Assembly (NCBI GenBank): GCA_046583355.1
Contig: JAYGCM010000004.1
Location: 20,232-84,231 of the forward strand
Direction: 5' to 3'
Source of the DNA: Deltaproteobacteria bacterium
Lineage (GTDB): Bacteria; Desulfobacterota; Binatia; UBA12015
DNA: 64,000 nucleotides
The notes under the pieces are model-generated. The model saw only the letters and a list, made by a program, of their open reading frames with translations, had not been told where the DNA came from and did no database searches. This document shows, piece after piece, positions 18,801 through 32,131 of the stretch (position 1 is the stretch's first letter; each line of letters begins with the position of its first letter). The position numbers were made by a program, and so were the translations under genes.

Positions 18801-19490
18801 ATGGCATCCGCTGAAGCGGTCGCCGAACTGGTAGTGGTCCCTGCGCGCAAGCGTCTCGGTCTGCTCGGGCGCAAGCTCGGGATGACTCAGCTGCTGACGC
18901 CTGAGGGAGCCGCCATTGCCGTTACGGTAATCGAGGCTGGTCCTTGCGTCGTGCTCCAGAAGAAGACGGTCGGCCGGGATGGCTACGATGCCATCCAATT
19001 GGGCTACGAGCCTTCCCGGGCCAGCCGTGAGACCAAGGCTCGCATCGGCCACGCCGATGCGGCGGGCAAGGGCACGTTCCGGCACCTCCAGGAATTCCAG
19101 GGAGCCGGTGAGATCGAGCTCGGGGCGACGCTTTCGATCGCCGATTTGTTCCACGACGGTGATCTTGTCAACGTAACCGGCACGACCAAGGGCCGCGGAT
19201 TCGCGGGTGTGTTCAAGCGCCATGGTTTCCACGGCGTCCGCGCCACACACGGTACGCACGAGTTCTTTCGCCATGGTGGCTCGATCGGCAACGCCTCGTA
19301 TCCTGGGCGTGTCTTTCCGGGCAAGAAAATGCCGGGGCATTACGGAACCGACACCAACACGACGCGGAACCTGCGGATCCAGCAGATCCGGCTCGACGAC
19401 AATGTCCTCGTCGTCCGCGGTGCGATCGCTGGCGCGAATGGCGGTCTGGTTGTGATCCGTCCGTCCCTCCCGCTTGAGGTGCTCTCATGA
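18801..19490 (+). CDS. rplC: 50S protein L3
   Basis: GRKLGMTQ, KGRGFAGVFKRH, GSIG...PGRVFPGKKMPG. Confidence 0.97.
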   Translation: MASAEAVAELVVVPARKRLGLLGRKLGMTQLLTPEGAAIAVTVIEAGPCVVLQKKTVGRDGYDAIQLGYEPSRASRETKARIGHADAAGKGTFRHLQEFQGAGEIELGATLSIADLFHDGDLVNVTGTTKGRGFAGVFKRHGFHGVRATHGTHEFFRHGGSIGNASYPGRVFPGKKMPGHYGTDTNTTRNLRIQQIRLDDNVLVVRGAIAGANGGLVVIRPSLPLEVLS

Positions 19491-20119
19491 GCGACGCGCT
19501 TCAGGCTCCGCTCAAGGGGATTGATGGCTCGGCCAAGGGCGATGTGGATCTCCCCGAGATTTTTGCCGAGCGCGAACATGACCACCTCGTCTACGAAGTC
19601 GTCAAGATGCAACAGGCGCGTCGCCGCGCAGGAACGCATTCGACCAAGACGCGTCATTTCGTATCCGGTGGTGGCGCCAAGCCGTGGAAGCAGAAGGGTA
19701 CCGGGCGTGCGCGCGCCGGCTCCAACCGCTCTCCGATCTGGCAAGGTGGCGCCGTGGTCTTTGGACCGCGCCCGCGCGATTATGGCTACAGCCTGCCGGC
19801 CAAGGCTCGGAAGGTGGCTCTCAAGGCCGTCCTCTCCGATCGCCAGCGGGGCGGATCGGTCACCATCGTTGACAGCCTGGAGTTGCCCGAGGGGAAAACC
19901 AAAAGCGTCGTTGCGATGCTCAAGGGACTCGGCCTCGAAGGCTCGACACTGATCGTCAGTGGCGCCGCGAATGAAGGACTTGAGCGTGCGACACGCAACC
20001 TTCCTCGCGTGAAGACGCTGCGCCAGGAGGGTGTCAATGTCTACGATGTCCTCCGCCATGAAAACCTTGTTTTGACGCAGGACGCCGTAGCGGCGCTGGC
20101 AGAGCGGCTCACAACATGA
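19487..20119 (+). CDS. rplD: 50S protein L4
   Basis: KPWKQKGTGRARAG, FGPRPRDY. Confidence 0.98.
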   Translation: MSDALQAPLKGIDGSAKGDVDLPEIFAEREHDHLVYEVVKMQQARRRAGTHSTKTRHFVSGGGAKPWKQKGTGRARAGSNRSPIWQGGAVVFGPRPRDYGYSLPAKARKVALKAVLSDRQRGGSVTIVDSLELPEGKTKSVVAMLKGLGLEGSTLIVSGAANEGLERATRNLPRVKTLRQEGVNVYDVLRHENLVLTQDAVAALAERLTT

Positions 20120-20406
20120 AGCATTATTCCGAGATCATTCTCGCGCCACTCATTACCGAGAAGGGAACGCTCGTCAGCGAGCAGGGCAACCAATTCCTCT
20201 TCAAGGTCGCGCCGAGCGCGAACAAGATCGAAATCAAACAGGCCGTTGAGGACTTTTTCCAGGTCAAAGTGGAAAAGGTTCGCACCAGCCTCCTTCTGGG
20301 CAAGACGCGTCGTGTAGGCCGTCATGCCGGACGCAAACCTTCCTGGAAGAAGGCATATGTTACCCTCGCCGAGGGCCAGCGTATTGACTTCTTCGAGGGT
20401 GCTTGA
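20116..20406 (+). CDS. rplW: 50S protein L23
   Basis: PLITEK, ANKIEIKQAVE, WKKAYVTL. Confidence 0.97.
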   Translation: MKHYSEIILAPLITEKGTLVSEQGNQFLFKVAPSANKIEIKQAVEDFFQVKVEKVRTSLLLGKTRRVGRHAGRKPSWKKAYVTLAEGQRIDFFEGA

Positions 20407-20415
20407 GGCTGACTG

Positions 20416-21249
20416 ATGGTAAAGGGGCGTCGATATAATCCAACTTCTCCGGGCCGTCGTTTTCAGACGTCGCGGGATCTTGCCGGGCTTTCCAAGGACA
20501 GCCCGCCGCGTGGGCTCACCGGCCGACTGAACAAGAAGACCGGTGGTCGTAACAGCAATGGCCGGATCACCACCCGTCATCGTGGCGGTGGGCATCGTCG
20601 GATCTACCGTGATGTCGACTTCAAGCGCGACAAGGTTGGCATTCCCTCCAAGGTCGCCTCGATCGATTACGATCCGAATCGCAGTGCACATTTGGCGTTG
20701 CTGAACTACGCCGACGGAGCAAAAGCGTATATCCTGGCGCCGGTCGGCCTCTCGGTAGGTGATACTGTCATCGCCGGACCTGAGGCAGACATCAAGCCAG
20801 GCAATTGCCTCCAGCTCTCCGACATTCCTCTCGGTACCGTCATTCACAACCTTGAGCTCAAGGTCGGCAAAGGCGGGCAATTGGTCCGCAGTGCCGGTGG
20901 GGCTGCCCAGTTGATGGCCAAAGAGGGGCGCTACGCGCAGGTGAAGCTCCCCTCGGGCGAGCAGCGCAAGGTGCTGATCGATTGCCGCGCGACCATCGGT
21001 CTGGTCGGCAATACGGAGCACGAGAACACCAAGCTCGGTAAGGCGGGGCGCAAACGCTGGATGGGCCGTCGCTCGAAGGTTCGCGGCACGGCCATGAACC
21101 CGGTCGATCATCCGCACGGCGGTGGCGAAGGCCGATCCAAGGGTGGCAACCACCCGAGTTCTCCCTGGGGTATGCCCGCCAAGGGCTACAAAACCCGGCG
21201 TAACAAGCGGACGACGCAATTTATCGTCCAGCGCCGCAAGAAGAAATAG
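20416..21249 (+). CDS. rplB: 50S protein L2
   Basis: [27 protein letters not shown]. Confidence 0.99.
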   Translation: MVKGRRYNPTSPGRRFQTSRDLAGLSKDSPPRGLTGRLNKKTGGRNSNGRITTRHRGGGHRRIYRDVDFKRDKVGIPSKVASIDYDPNRSAHLALLNYADGAKAYILAPVGLSVGDTVIAGPEADIKPGNCLQLSDIPLGTVIHNLELKVGKGGQLVRSAGGAAQLMAKEGRYAQVKLPSGEQRKVLIDCRATIGLVGNTEHENTKLGKAGRKRWMGRRSKVRGTAMNPVDHPHGGGEGRSKGGNHPSSPWGMPAKGYKTRRNKRTTQFIVQRRKKK

Positions 21250-21267
21250 GCCGGAGGAAGTTCGCAA

Positions 21268-21555
21268 ATGGCACGCTCGCTAAAAAAGGGTCCGTTCATC
21301 GACGACCATCTCATGAAGAAGGTCGATGCTCTGAACGCGACAGGAGAGAAGAAGGTCATTCCGACCTGGTCTCGTCGCTCCACGATCACACCCGATATGC
21401 TGGGTCATACGATCGCGGTGCACAACGGACGCCGGTTCATTCCGACCTACGTCACGGAAAATATGGTCGGTCATAAGCTCGGAGAGTTTGCTCCGACGCG
21501 GACCTTCCACGGCCACGCCGGCGATCGGAAATCCGACGCCCGGACGCGGCGTTAG
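21268..21555 (+). CDS. rpsS: 30S protein S19
   Basis: [19 protein letters not shown]. Confidence 0.98.
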   Translation: MARSLKKGPFIDDHLMKKVDALNATGEKKVIPTWSRRSTITPDMLGHTIAVHNGRRFIPTYVTENMVGHKLGEFAPTRTFHGHAGDRKSDARTRR

Positions 21556-21567
21556 TTGGTAGAATCG

Positions 21568-21903
21568 ATGGAAACTCGAGCCAGCACACGTTTCGTCAGG
21601 GTCTCGCCGCAGAAGGCGCGCCTGGTGGTAGATCTCATTCGCGGTCGTAAGGTCGAAGACGCCCTTTCGGTTCTCGAATTTACGCCGCGCAAGGCCGCTC
21701 GCATCATTGCGAAGACCCTCCGCTCGGCTGTCGCCAACGCCGAAGACACACGCAATATCGATATCGACGATCTGGTCGTGACCCGCTGCTGGGTCGACGA
21801 GGGCCCGACGCTCAAGCGGATGATGCCGCGAGCACAAGGGCGCGCTACCAAGATCAACAAACGCAGCAGCCATATCACCGTCGTCGTCGACGAGAAGCTT
21901 TGA
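21568..21903 (+). CDS. rplV: 50S protein L22
   Basis: [28 protein letters not shown]. Confidence 0.97.
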   Translation: METRASTRFVRVSPQKARLVVDLIRGRKVEDALSVLEFTPRKAARIIAKTLRSAVANAEDTRNIDIDDLVVTRCWVDEGPTLKRMMPRAQGRATKINKRSSHITVVVDEKL

Positions 21904-21916
21904 GCCAGGCATAACT

Positions 21917-22576
21917 ATGGGACAGAAAACACATCCCAAGGGCTTCCGAGTTGGAGTCGTTGCAAATTGGGACTCGCGCTGGTTCGCCACGCATGACTTT
22001 GCCGAGCTCCTTCACGAAGACGACCGCGTCCGTCGTTTCCTCAAGAAGCGCCTGTACCACGCGGGTATTTCCAAGGTCGAGATCGAGCGCGCCGCGGGTA
22101 AGGCGAAGATCAATATCTTCACCGCACGCCCCGGCCTGGTCATCGGCAAGAAGGGCGCGGAAATCGAGAAGCTCAAGGTCGAGCTGAACAAGTTGATGGG
22201 GCGTGAGGCCTATATCAACATCATGGAAGTCCGGCGGCCTGACGTCGACGCGCAACTGGTCGCCGAGAATGTGGCGCTGCAGCTGGAGCGTCGGGTGGCT
22301 TTTCGCCGTGCCATGAAGGAAGCGGTCGCGCGTGCTATGCGAATGGGCGCGCAAGGTGTGCGGATTCAGGCCTCGGGTCGCCTGGGCGGACACGAGATTG
22401 CGCGCCGCGAATGGTATCGCGAGGGACGCGTTCCTCTCCATACTCTGCGCGCCGACATCAGCTACGGCCAAGCCGAAGCCAAGACGTCGGCCGGAATTAT
22501 CGGAATCAAATGCTGGGTCATGCGCGGCGAAATCCTCTCGAAGGATGAAGAGCAGCGTCAGCCGGCAGGCCTATAG
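21917..22576 (+). CDS. rpsC: 30S protein S3
   Basis: [29 protein letters not shown]. Confidence 0.98.
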   Translation: MGQKTHPKGFRVGVVANWDSRWFATHDFAELLHEDDRVRRFLKKRLYHAGISKVEIERAAGKAKINIFTARPGLVIGKKGAEIEKLKVELNKLMGREAYINIMEVRRPDVDAQLVAENVALQLERRVAFRRAMKEAVARAMRMGAQGVRIQASGRLGGHEIARREWYREGRVPLHTLRADISYGQAEAKTSAGIIGIKCWVMRGEILSKDEEQRQPAGL

Positions 22577-22585
22577 GGATCGAAG

Positions 22586-23005
22586 ATGCTTTCTCCCAAA
22601 AAAGTAAAATATAGAAAGATCCAGAAGGGTCGACGCCGGGGGCTCGCATGGCGGGGCTCGACGCTCGCCTTCGGTGACTTCGGCCTGCAGGCTGTCGGGC
22701 GCGGCTGGATCACGGCTCGCCAGATCGAGGCAGCCCGAATCGCAGTTACGCGTCACATCAAACGTGGCGGGCGTGTCTGGATCCGTATCTTTCCGGACAA
22801 GCCGATGAGCAAGAAACCTGCCGAAACCCGCATGGGTAAGGGCAAGGGCGCACCCGAGTTCTGGGTCGCCGTCGTCAAGCCCGGCCGAATGCTCTTCGAG
22901 ATGGAAGGCGTTGATGCCGAGACCGCGAAGGAAGCCTTCCGTCTGGCGGCCAACAAGCTCTCTATCGAGACCCGTTTCCAGGAGCGAGGTCATCATGCAG
23001 GCTGA
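22586..23005 (+). CDS. rplP: 50S protein L16
   Basis: [15 protein letters not shown]. Confidence 0.98.
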   Translation: MLSPKKVKYRKIQKGRRRGLAWRGSTLAFGDFGLQAVGRGWITARQIEAARIAVTRHIKRGGRVWIRIFPDKPMSKKPAETRMGKGKGAPEFWVAVVKPGRMLFEMEGVDAETAKEAFRLAANKLSIETRFQERGHHAG

Positions 23006-23195
23006 AGAGATGCGCAAGCTCGGCGACGTCGAACTTGTACAGAAAGAAAAAGACCTGCGTGAGGAGACTTTTCGTCTCCGCCTGCGCGCCGCAGCAGGGC
23101 AGACCGCGAACCGCATGGCCAGCCGAGCGGCGCGCCGTGAACTCGCTCGCCTCCTCACGATTCAGGCTGAACGCAAAGCCCAGGCCGAAGGCTGA
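22995..23195 (+). CDS. rpmC: 50S protein L29
   Basis: [11 protein letters not shown]...RRELARLLT; synteny. Confidence 0.92.
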   Translation: MQAEEMRKLGDVELVQKEKDLREETFRLRLRAAAGQTANRMASRAARRELARLLTIQAERKAQAEG

Positions 23196-23209
23196 AACCC
23201 GAAGAAATT

Positions 23210-23464
23210 ATGGCTCAACATCGCAAACATCGTTCCGGCATCGTGATCTCGGACAAGATGGATAAAACCGTCGTTGTCCAGGTCGAGCGCCTGGTCAAGC
23301 ATCCTAAATACCGCAAATACGTTCGCGCGCGCAAGAACTTCAAGGCGCACGATGAACAGAACCGCTGCAAGATCGGCGATGTCGTCGAAATCGTCGAGAC
23401 GCGCCCGATCTCCAAAGATAAGTGCTGGGCCGTCCAGTCGATCCAGCGCCAGGCCGCCGGGTAA
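23210..23464 (+). CDS. rpsQ: 30S protein S17
   Basis: [21 protein letters not shown]. Confidence 0.97.
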   Translation: MAQHRKHRSGIVISDKMDKTVVVQVERLVKHPKYRKYVRARKNFKAHDEQNRCKIGDVVEIVETRPISKDKCWAVQSIQRQAAG

Positions 23465-23479
23465 GGCGAGGAATATCCG

Positions 23480-23848
23480 ATGATTCAAACGGAAAGCGTT
23501 GTTCATGTGGCGGACAATTCCGGAGCCCGGAAAGTCCTCTGTATCAAGGTTCTTGGTGGTAGTCGCAGGCGCTACGCATCGATCGGCGATGTCATCGTCG
23601 GGTCGGTCAAGGAAGCCCAGCCGAATGCCAAGGTGAAGAAGGGCGATATCGTCAAGGCGGTTATCGTTCGCACAGCCAAGGAAATCGGCCGCCCAGACGG
23701 TTCTTATATTCGTTTCGACAACAACTCCGCAGTTCTGATCGATGGCAACCGTGAGCCGATTGGAACGCGTATTTTTGGTCCGGTCGCGCGCGAGCTTCGT
23801 GGAAAGAAATTCATGAAGATTGTTTCGCTCGCACCGGAGGTTATCTAG
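23480..23848 (+). CDS. rplN: 50S protein L14
   Basis: [18 protein letters not shown]. Confidence 0.98.
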   Translation: MIQTESVVHVADNSGARKVLCIKVLGGSRRRYASIGDVIVGSVKEAQPNAKVKKGDIVKAVIVRTAKEIGRPDGSYIRFDNNSAVLIDGNREPIGTRIFGPVARELRGKKFMKIVSLAPEVI

Positions 23849-23852
23849 GGGG

Positions 23853-24218
23853 ATGAGCGCCGTGTCCAAACTCAAGGCATGGGCCCAACGGCCCGAACGG
23901 ATGCCGACGCGACTCAAGAAGGACGACACCGTCCTCGTGATCGCCGGCAAAGACCGTGGAAAGAGCGGCAAGGTTCTGAAGGTCCTCTCGGCCAAGAACC
24001 GCGCCAAGGTAGAACGCCTCAATATGGTCAAGCGTCATACGCGCGGCCAGGGGCAGCAGGCCGGTGGGATCGTAGAGAAAGAAGCTTCGCTTCATCTCTC
24101 GAATCTGCAAATCGTCTGTTCGCAATGTAATAAGCCGACTCGTATCGGCATGAAGATTCTCGAAGACGGAACCAAGGTCCGGCAATGCCGGAGGTGTGAC
24201 GAGTTGATCGATGCCTGA
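23853..24218 (+). CDS. rplX: 50S protein L24 (alternative start 23901)
   Basis: [26 protein letters not shown], CxxC..CxxC. Confidence 0.95.
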   Translation: MSAVSKLKAWAQRPERMPTRLKKDDTVLVIAGKDRGKSGKVLKVLSAKNRAKVERLNMVKRHTRGQGQQAGGIVEKEASLHLSNLQIVCSQCNKPTRIGMKILEDGTKVRQCRRCDELIDA

Positions 24219-24780
24219 GGCAGCTGAATATCCGCTGATGCGGAAAAAGTACGAAGAGGGCCTCAAGGTGCAGCTCCAGAAGGATCTGCAACTCGGGAAC
24301 ATCAATGCCGTTCCTCGTGTCGAAAAAGTCGTGATCAATATGGGTCTCGGCGAGGCGATCACGAATACCAAGATTCTGGATACCGCCGTCGTCGAACTCG
24401 CGACGATTACCGGCCAGAAGCCGGTCATCACGCGCGCCAAGAAGGCAATCGCGAACTTCAAACTTCGCGAGGGAATGCCGATCGGTGCGATGGTGACTCT
24501 TCGCGGAGACCGGATGTACGAATTTCTCGACCGTCTGGTCGGGGCCGCGCTTCCCCGTGTCCGCGACTTCAAGGGGATCAGCGACAAAGGTTTTGATGGC
24601 CGTGGGAACTACTCCCTCGGGCTCAACGACCAGACCATTTTCCCCGAAATTGATATTGATAAAGTCGACAAAGTGAAGGGCATGACGATCACCGTCGTCA
24701 CCACCGCGCGCACCGACAGCCAGGGCTTGGCCCTGCTGCGGGCACTCGGGATGCCTTTCCGGAAGAACCCAGAGGCATAG
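24211..24780 (+). CDS. rplE: 50S protein L5
   Basis: [22 protein letters not shown]. Confidence 0.98.
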   Translation: MPEAAEYPLMRKKYEEGLKVQLQKDLQLGNINAVPRVEKVVINMGLGEAITNTKILDTAVVELATITGQKPVITRAKKAIANFKLREGMPIGAMVTLRGDRMYEFLDRLVGAALPRVRDFKGISDKGFDGRGNYSLGLNDQTIFPEIDIDKVDKVKGMTITVVTTARTDSQGLALLRALGMPFRKNPEA

Positions 24781-24786
24781 AGCGCG

Positions 24787-24972
24787 ATGGCCAAGACCTC
24801 AATGCGAATCAAGGCGGCCCGGACACCCAAGTTCCAGGTGCGTCGCTACAATCGTTGCCTGTCCTGTGGGCGGCCGCGTGCATTTTATCGGAAGTTCAAG
24901 CTCTGCAGGATCTGCCTGCGCCAGATGGCGCTCAAGGGCCTGATCCCGGGCATGACCAAGGCGAGCTGGTAG
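24787..24972 (+). CDS. rpsN: 30S protein S14, short Zn-binding type
   Basis: 61 aa, CLSC...CRIC, KASW. Confidence 0.96.
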   Translation: MAKTSMRIKAARTPKFQVRRYNRCLSCGRPRAFYRKFKLCRICLRQMALKGLIPGMTKASW

Positions 24973-24993
24973 CTCGCATACCTGAGGACCCCG

Positions 24994-25389
24994 ATGCTTA
25001 CGGACCCAATTGCAGATTTTCTGACGCGCATCCGCAACGCGTGTCGTGCACGCAAAGAGCGTGTTGATATTCCCTACTCGAAGCTCAAAGAGCGTCTTGC
25101 CAACGTGATGATCCGCGAGGGGTATATCCAAGATATAACCACGGTAGGCGAGGGCGTTGAGCGCAAAATCCGCCTCGGCCTCATCTACGGAACGGACCAT
25201 AAATCGGTAATCACCGGACTTGAGCGCCGCAGCAAACCCAGCTTGCGCGTTTATGTCGGTGCCGCAGAGGCCCCGCGCGTGCGTGGCGGTCTCGGTGTCA
25301 GTATTCTCTCGACGCCCAACGGTCTCATCACGGACCGTGAAGCTCGTGCGCAGAAGGTGGGCGGCGAGGTTCTCTGCGCCGTCTGGTAG
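24994..25389 (+). CDS. rpsH: 30S protein S8
   Basis: [27 protein letters not shown]. Confidence 0.98.
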   Translation: MLTDPIADFLTRIRNACRARKERVDIPYSKLKERLANVMIREGYIQDITTVGEGVERKIRLGLIYGTDHKSVITGLERRSKPSLRVYVGAAEAPRVRGGLGVSILSTPNGLITDREARAQKVGGEVLCAVW

Positions 25390-25431
25390 GCGCAGGAACT
25401 TAACCGGATCCAAAGGTCAGGAAGGAAGACG

Positions 25432-25974
25432 ATGTCCAGGATTGGACGACTCCCAGTCAATGTTCCCGATGGTGTCACTGTCTCGATAGACGGTGCGACG
25501 GTCGGTGTGAAGGGCCCTCTCGGAGAGGCCTCGATCGCCATACCGGAGCTCCTCTCGGTCGCGCAGGCCGAGGGCCGCGTTGTCGTGTCGCGTGCGAACG
25601 ACGGGCGCGAAGCGCGTTCGTTGCATGGCCTCATCCGAGTGCTCATCGCGAATGCCGTAAACGGTGTCAGCACCGGGTTTACCCGCGATCTTGAAATCAA
25701 CGGCGTCGGTTTCCGCGCCGAGCTTCGCGGCGACACCATTCTCTTCAACCTCGGATTTTCGCATCCGATCCTCTTCCAGCTGCCTGGCGGGGTTAGGGCG
25801 AAAATCACGAAGCAGACCGCGATCACCCTCTCGGGTTCCGATCGCCAGCTCATCGGCCAGACGGCCGCGCAGATTCGTGAGCTTCGTCCGCCAGAGCCCT
25901 ATAAGGGCAAAGGCATCAAATACGCGGAAGAACGCGTTCGTCGCAAAGCCGGCAAGGCCGGCGCGGCGGCATAG
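25432..25974 (+). CDS. rplF: 50S protein L6
   Basis: [14 protein letters not shown]. Confidence 0.98.
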   Translation: MSRIGRLPVNVPDGVTVSIDGATVGVKGPLGEASIAIPELLSVAQAEGRVVVSRANDGREARSLHGLIRVLIANAVNGVSTGFTRDLEINGVGFRAELRGDTILFNLGFSHPILFQLPGGVRAKITKQTAITLSGSDRQLIGQTAAQIRELRPPEPYKGKGIKYAEERVRRKAGKAGAAA

Positions 25975-25987
25975 CGGAGTCGAATCG

Positions 25988-26356
25988 ATGCTCAAAGAAA
26001 TCAGCAGACCACGCCGCCACCTTCGCAAGGCGCGCGTTCGTAAAAAAGTTCAGGGAACGGAAGGCCGCCCGCGGCTGACCATCTTTCGCAGCTCTCGGCA
26101 TATTTATGCCCAGGTGATTTCGGACGATGCCGCGAGCCATACGCTCGCTTCGGCGTCCACGCTCTCGCCGGAGCTCAAAGACAAGCTCTCTGGTAGTGGT
26201 AACCGTGACGCAGCCCGCGAAGTGGGCTCGTTGGTCGCAAAAAAAGCGATCGATGCGGGGATTAAACAGGTTGTATTTGACCGCAACGGGTTCCTGTATC
26301 ACGGACGCATCCGCATCTTGGCGGAAGCGGCACGTGAAGCCGGACTCAAGTTTTAG
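25988..26356 (+). CDS. rplR: 50S protein L18
   Basis: [20 protein letters not shown]. Confidence 0.97.
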   Translation: MLKEISRPRRHLRKARVRKKVQGTEGRPRLTIFRSSRHIYAQVISDDAASHTLASASTLSPELKDKLSGSGNRDAAREVGSLVAKKAIDAGIKQVVFDRNGFLYHGRIRILAEAAREAGLKF

Positions 26357-26386
26357 TCGGCAAACAGGAAATTCAGGAGAAGACGA

Positions 26387-26905
26387 GTGCAGGTTGGCGT
26401 AACGGATCGGATCGACCCGGAAGGGCTCGAGCTCAAAGAAAAAGTCGTACACATCAATCGTGTGGCGAAGGTTGTCAAAGGTGGCCGCCGGTTCCGTTTC
26501 GGAGCCTTGGTGGTTGTCGGTGATGGCGCGGGCCATGTCGGTTTTGGTGTGGGCAAGGCGAAGGAGGTCCCCGAGGCCATTCGCAAGGGCATTGATAAAG
26601 CGAAGAAAGCTTTGATCAAGGTGCCTCTGCGCGGCGGGACGATTCCCTTTGGTATTGTCGGACACTACGGCGCTGGCAAAGTGGTGCTGCGTCCGGCGGG
26701 TGCTGGTACGGGTGTGATCGCCGGTGGCGGTGTGCGCGCGGTTGTTGAGGCTGCCGGTGTGCAGGATATCCTCACCAAATGCATCGGTTCGAACAACCCA
26801 CATAATATGGTCCGTGCGACGATCGAGGCGTTCGAGAATCTGCGTGCGCCCGAAGACGTTGCGCGTGCGCGCGGCAAAAAGCTCTCTGAGCTTGACCTCG
26901 CCTGA
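26387..26905 (+). CDS. rpsE: 30S protein S5
   Basis: [17 protein letters not shown]. Confidence 0.98.
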   Translation: MQVGVTDRIDPEGLELKEKVVHINRVAKVVKGGRRFRFGALVVVGDGAGHVGFGVGKAKEVPEAIRKGIDKAKKALIKVPLRGGTIPFGIVGHYGAGKVVLRPAGAGTGVIAGGGVRAVVEAAGVQDILTKCIGSNNPHNMVRATIEAFENLRAPEDVARARGKKLSELDLA

Positions 26906-26932
26906 CCTGGCGACGAGAAAGACGACAGAGTA

Positions 26933-27193
26933 ATGGCGAGCAGGAAAGCCAAAAAGCGCAGCAACGGTATTGAGAACCTCGTGCGCCGCATGAACGAGAA
27001 AGACGCCTCCCCTGACCGGGTCTGGCGCGTCACTCTGAGCGGTAGCGAGATCGGTGGTACTCAGGGGCAGCGTGCGACGCTTCGGTGTCTCGGGCTGCGC
27101 CGTCGCGGTTCGACCGCGATGGTCAAAGATTCCGCACCCGCCCGCGGGCGCATCCGCATAATGGCCCACCTTCTCTCGGTGGAGGAAGTCTGA
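26933..27193 (+). CDS. rpmD: 50S protein L30, N-terminally extended (alternative start 26990)
   Basis: VTLSGSEIG...[12 protein letters not shown]...HLLSVEE between rpsE and rplO. Confidence 0.85.
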   Translation: MASRKAKKRSNGIENLVRRMNEKDASPDRVWRVTLSGSEIGGTQGQRATLRCLGLRRRGSTAMVKDSAPARGRIRIMAHLLSVEEV

Positions 27194-27195
27194 GC

Positions 27196-27635
27196 ATGGA
27201 TCTTTCTAATCTTCGTCCGGCCAAAGGCTCACGCCATGACCGCAAACGTATTGGTCGAGGGCAGGGCTCCGGTACCGGCAAGACCGCCGGTCGCGGCCAT
27301 AAGGGTGCTAAATCTCGCTCCGGCGGTGGGACCAAACTCGGCTACGAGGGTGGTCAGATGCCGCTGCAACGGCGCCTGCCGAAGCGTGGCTTCCACAATC
27401 CTTTCCGCAAGGAATTCGAGGTCGTGAACCTGGCCTCTCTTGCGCTCTTTGACGCCGACTCGACCGTCGACCCTGTTGCTTTGCGCCAGGTCGGCTTGGT
27501 TCGCCGCGGTGCGCTGCCTGTCAAGATTCTCGCCAAAGGGAAGCTCGACCGGAAGCTCGTCGTGAAGGCGCATGCCTTCAGTGATGCCGCGCGCGCCGCT
27601 ATAGAGGCGCAAGGGGGCGAGGTCGAGGTTCTCAC

Positions 27636-27639
<4 letters not shown>
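27196..27639 (+). CDS. rplO: 50S protein L15
   Basis: RIGRGQGSGTGKTAGRGHKG, EGGQMPL. Confidence 0.98.
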
Positions 27640-28946
<1,307 letters not shown>

Positions 28947-28958
28947 GAATCTTCGATC

Positions 28959-29624
28959 GTGGATACTCAGCTCGGACTACAATTGGTGCTGCTCGGCCCC
29001 CCCGGGGCGGGCAAGGGCACGCAGGCCAACCTTCTGATTCAGAAGGTGGCGATTCCGCATATCTCCACGGGGGATATTCTGCGCGCCGAAGCTCGCAAGG
29101 GTTCGGAGCTGGGACGCGAAGCGCGTACGCTGATGGACAAGGGCCAGTTGGTTCCCGATGACCTCATGCTGCGCATCGTTGCCGAACGTCTCAAGGCCGA
29201 CGATTGCGCCAATGGATTTCTTCTCGATGGCTTTCCGCGTTCCCGTCCCCAGGCTCGGGCGCTGGAGGTGATTGTCACTCCTTCGGAGACCCGCTTTGTT
29301 GCGGCATGCCTCGATGTCCCCTGTGATGTTGTCGTGCGACGACTTTCGGGCCGGCGCACCTGCCGCGACTGCGGCGCGATGTTTCAGGTTGAGTTCAGTC
29401 CCCCCAAGGTCACAGGGATCTGCGACCGCTGTGAGAGTGAGCTCTACCAGCGCGACGACGATTGCGAAGATGTGATCCAGGCGCGCCTCAAGATTTACAA
29501 CGAAGAAACCCAGCCCTTGCTTGAGTTCTACGGCAAACGGGACCAACTCGTGAGCGTAGACGGTACGGGCGCCGCCATTGAGGTCGCCAAGCGGCTGCAT
29601 CAGGCGCTCGGGGTTGAGTCGTGA
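28959..29624 (+). CDS. adk: Adenylate kinase with Zn-LID
   Basis: GPPGAGKGTQ, HISTGD, DGFPR, CRDC..CDRC. Confidence 0.97.
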   Translation: MDTQLGLQLVLLGPPGAGKGTQANLLIQKVAIPHISTGDILRAEARKGSELGREARTLMDKGQLVPDDLMLRIVAERLKADDCANGFLLDGFPRSRPQARALEVIVTPSETRFVAACLDVPCDVVVRRLSGRRTCRDCGAMFQVEFSPPKVTGICDRCESELYQRDDDCEDVIQARLKIYNEETQPLLEFYGKRDQLVSVDGTGAAIEVAKRLHQALGVES

Positions 29625-30385
29625 TCATTCTCAAGAGCCAGGAGCAGCTGCGCGCGATGCGCTCGGCGTGCAAAATAGTGGGGGAAATCCTCGCTCGATT
29701 GCGCCCAGAGGTCCGTGCGGGCGTCTCAACCGGGGAGCTGGATCGGCTTGCCGAAAAATGGACGCGTGAAGCAGGTGCAGAACCGGCTTTCAAAGGTTAC
29801 ACGGTAGGCGGACAGACCTACCCCTCGACGCTTTGCGTCTCCATCAATGAGGAAGTCGTGCACGGAATGCCCAGTGATGGGCGTGTCTTATGCGACGGAG
29901 ATATTGTAGGTCTGGATTTCGGCGTGATCCGTGAAGGTTTTTACGGGGACGGCGCTATCACAATCCCGGTGGGGGAGATTGCGGAAGACGCGGCGAATTT
30001 AGTCCGCGTCACCTCAGAAGCCCTCGATCGGGGAATCGAAAAAGTTTGTACAGGAAACCGGATCCGGGATATTTCGGCAGCCGTCCAGGCATGCGCGGAA
30101 GCTCACGGGTACGGAGTGGTCAGGGATTTTGTCGGACATGGTATCGGCCAGCGGTTGCACGAAGACCCGCAGGTTCCGAATTATGTCGGCAAGGGTCAGA
30201 ACCCGCGCCTCAAGGAGGGGATGGTGCTCGCAATCGAGCCCATGATCTGCCTCGGGACGTGGGAGGTGGAAGTGCTCGAGGATGGCTGGACCGCGGTTAC
30301 GCGGGATCGGAAACTCGCAGCACATTTTGAACATTCTGTGGCAGTGACGGCCGAAGGGCCGGAAGTGCTCACATTGGCAGCGTAA
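29621..30385 (+). CDS. map: Methionine aminopeptidase type I
   Basis: [29 protein letters not shown]. Confidence 0.97.
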   Translation: MIILKSQEQLRAMRSACKIVGEILARLRPEVRAGVSTGELDRLAEKWTREAGAEPAFKGYTVGGQTYPSTLCVSINEEVVHGMPSDGRVLCDGDIVGLDFGVIREGFYGDGAITIPVGEIAEDAANLVRVTSEALDRGIEKVCTGNRIRDISAAVQACAEAHGYGVVRDFVGHGIGQRLHEDPQVPNYVGKGQNPRLKEGMVLAIEPMICLGTWEVEVLEDGWTAVTRDRKLAAHFEHSVAVTAEGPEVLTLAA

Positions 30386-30399
30386 GTGAGGATCGGGTC

Positions 30400-30513
30400 G
30401 TGAAGGTTCGAGCATCGGTCAAAAAAATCTGTTCCAAATGCAAGGTGATTCGGCGGCAAGGTGTTGTCCGGGTGATCTGCGAAAATCCGCGGCATAAGCA
30501 GCGTCAGGGCTAG
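30400..30513 (+). CDS. rpmJ: 50S protein L36, Zn type (absent from the ORF track)
   Basis: Manual translation [37 protein letters not shown]. Confidence 0.97.
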   Translation: MKVRASVKKICSKCKVIRRQGVVRVICENPRHKQRQG

Positions 30514-30526
30514 GGAGCGAATAGGA

Positions 30527-30904
30527 ATGGCACGCATTGCAGGCGTCGATCTGCCCCATAATAAGCGGGTAGAGATCGCTCTCACCTATATTTTCGGAAT
30601 CGGCCGTACGTCCGCAGAGAAGATCTGCGACGAGGCCGGAGTCGATCGCGGCATCAACTCTGATGGACTTAGCGAGGAGCAGCTCCGGGGGCTGCGTCGC
30701 GTCATCGAGGAAGACTACAAGATCGAGGGTGATCTTCGTCGTGAGGTCACACTCAATATCAAACGTTACGTGGAGCTCGGCTGCTATCGCGGGCTGCGCC
30801 ACCGTCGCGGTCTTCCCGCCCGCGGCCAACGCACTTCGACCAACGCGCGCACCCGCAAGGGGCCTCGCCGGGCCATCGCCGGCAAGAAGCAAGTGCCGCG
30901 CTGA
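30527..30904 (+). CDS. rpsM: 30S protein S13
   Basis: [25 protein letters not shown]. Confidence 0.98.
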   Translation: MARIAGVDLPHNKRVEIALTYIFGIGRTSAEKICDEAGVDRGINSDGLSEEQLRGLRRVIEEDYKIEGDLRREVTLNIKRYVELGCYRGLRHRRGLPARGQRTSTNARTRKGPRRAIAGKKQVPR

Positions 30905-30986
30905 CCCCCAGCCGAAGACCATCTGAATTTGCGGCGGCAGGCATTTCGCTCACCGCCATCACGAAAGAATCAGGAAGAAGGACCGA

Positions 30987-31460
30987 ATGTCGAATCCGGA
31001 AGACACTCCGGAAGCAGTCACCGAGAAAGCGCCGGCACCCGCCGCTGCTGCCTCGGAGAGCGCTGCACCGGCGGCTGCACCTGCCGCTCCGAAGCGGAGA
31101 AAAGGCAAGCGCATCGTCTCGGAGGGGGTCGTGCATATTCACTCGACCTTCAACAATACGATTGTCACCATCACCGATACCACCGGTGGTGTGATCGCAT
31201 GGGCCAGTGCGGGCAGCGTCGGGTTCAAGGGCTCGCGCAAGGGTACGCCCTTCGCCGCGCAACTTGCAGCCGAGACGGCCGGCAAGAAGGCTGCCGATCA
31301 GGGCATGCGTTCGGTACACGTCCTCGTAAAGGGGCCGGGCGGTGGGCGCGAGCCTGCACTTCGCTCGCTGCAGGGTGCTGGTTTTGCCATCACCGCGATT
31401 CGGGACGTGACGCCGATTCCGCACAACGGGTGTCGTCCGCCCAAACGAAGGAGAGTTTAG
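30987..31460 (+). CDS. rpsK: 30S protein S11 with an Ala/Pro N-extension
   Basis: [23 protein letters not shown]. Confidence 0.97.
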   Translation: MSNPEDTPEAVTEKAPAPAAAASESAAPAAAPAAPKRRKGKRIVSEGVVHIHSTFNNTIVTITDTTGGVIAWASAGSVGFKGSRKGTPFAAQLAAETAGKKAADQGMRSVHVLVKGPGGGREPALRSLQGAGFAITAIRDVTPIPHNGCRPPKRRRV

Positions 31461-32087
31461 GTGGCACGGAACACGGGATCCGTCTGCCGGATGTGCCGGC
31501 GCGAAGGAATGAAGCTCTTTCTCAAGGGAGAGCGCTGCTTTACGGACAAATGCGCGATCGAGCGCCGGAACTACCCGCCGGGCCAACACGGCCAGGGTCG
31601 GAAGAAGTTCTCGGAGTTCAGTATCCAACTGCGTGAGAAGCAGAAGGTGAAGCGCATTTACGGAGTGCTGGAGAAGCAGTTCCGCCGCTATTTCCATCTA
31701 TCCGAGCGCAAACGCGGCGTGACCGGCGAGAACCTTCTCATCATGCTGGAACGCCGGCTTGATAATATGGTCTATCGCATGAGTTTCGCGAACTCGCGTG
31801 CGGAAGCTCGCCAGCTCGTGCGTCACGGCCACTTCTCGGTCAACGGCCGCAAGGTCTCGATCCCTTCCTTCCTCGCCACGCCGGGTGATGTCATCACCGT
31901 GCGCGACGGGAGCCGCAAGGTCGTTCGCATCGTGCAGGCGCTGGAACTCTCGCAGCGTCGGGGAGTCCCCGACTGGCTTGAGCTCGATCGGGACGGCTTC
32001 ACCGGCAAGGTGAAATCGCTTCCGGAACGCGCCGAATTGACGATGCCGATCAACGAAACTCTCATTGTCGAGCTCTACTCCAAATAG
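31461..32087 (+). CDS. rpsD: 30S protein S4, Zn type
   Basis: [31 protein letters not shown]. Confidence 0.98.
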   Translation: MARNTGSVCRMCRREGMKLFLKGERCFTDKCAIERRNYPPGQHGQGRKKFSEFSIQLREKQKVKRIYGVLEKQFRRYFHLSERKRGVTGENLLIMLERRLDNMVYRMSFANSRAEARQLVRHGHFSVNGRKVSIPSFLATPGDVITVRDGSRKVVRIVQALELSQRRGVPDWLELDRDGFTGKVKSLPERAELTMPINETLIVELYSK

Positions 32088-32131
32088 CCAGCCTTTTGGC
32101 TAGTCGACGAGAACGAAATCAGGAGAAACAC

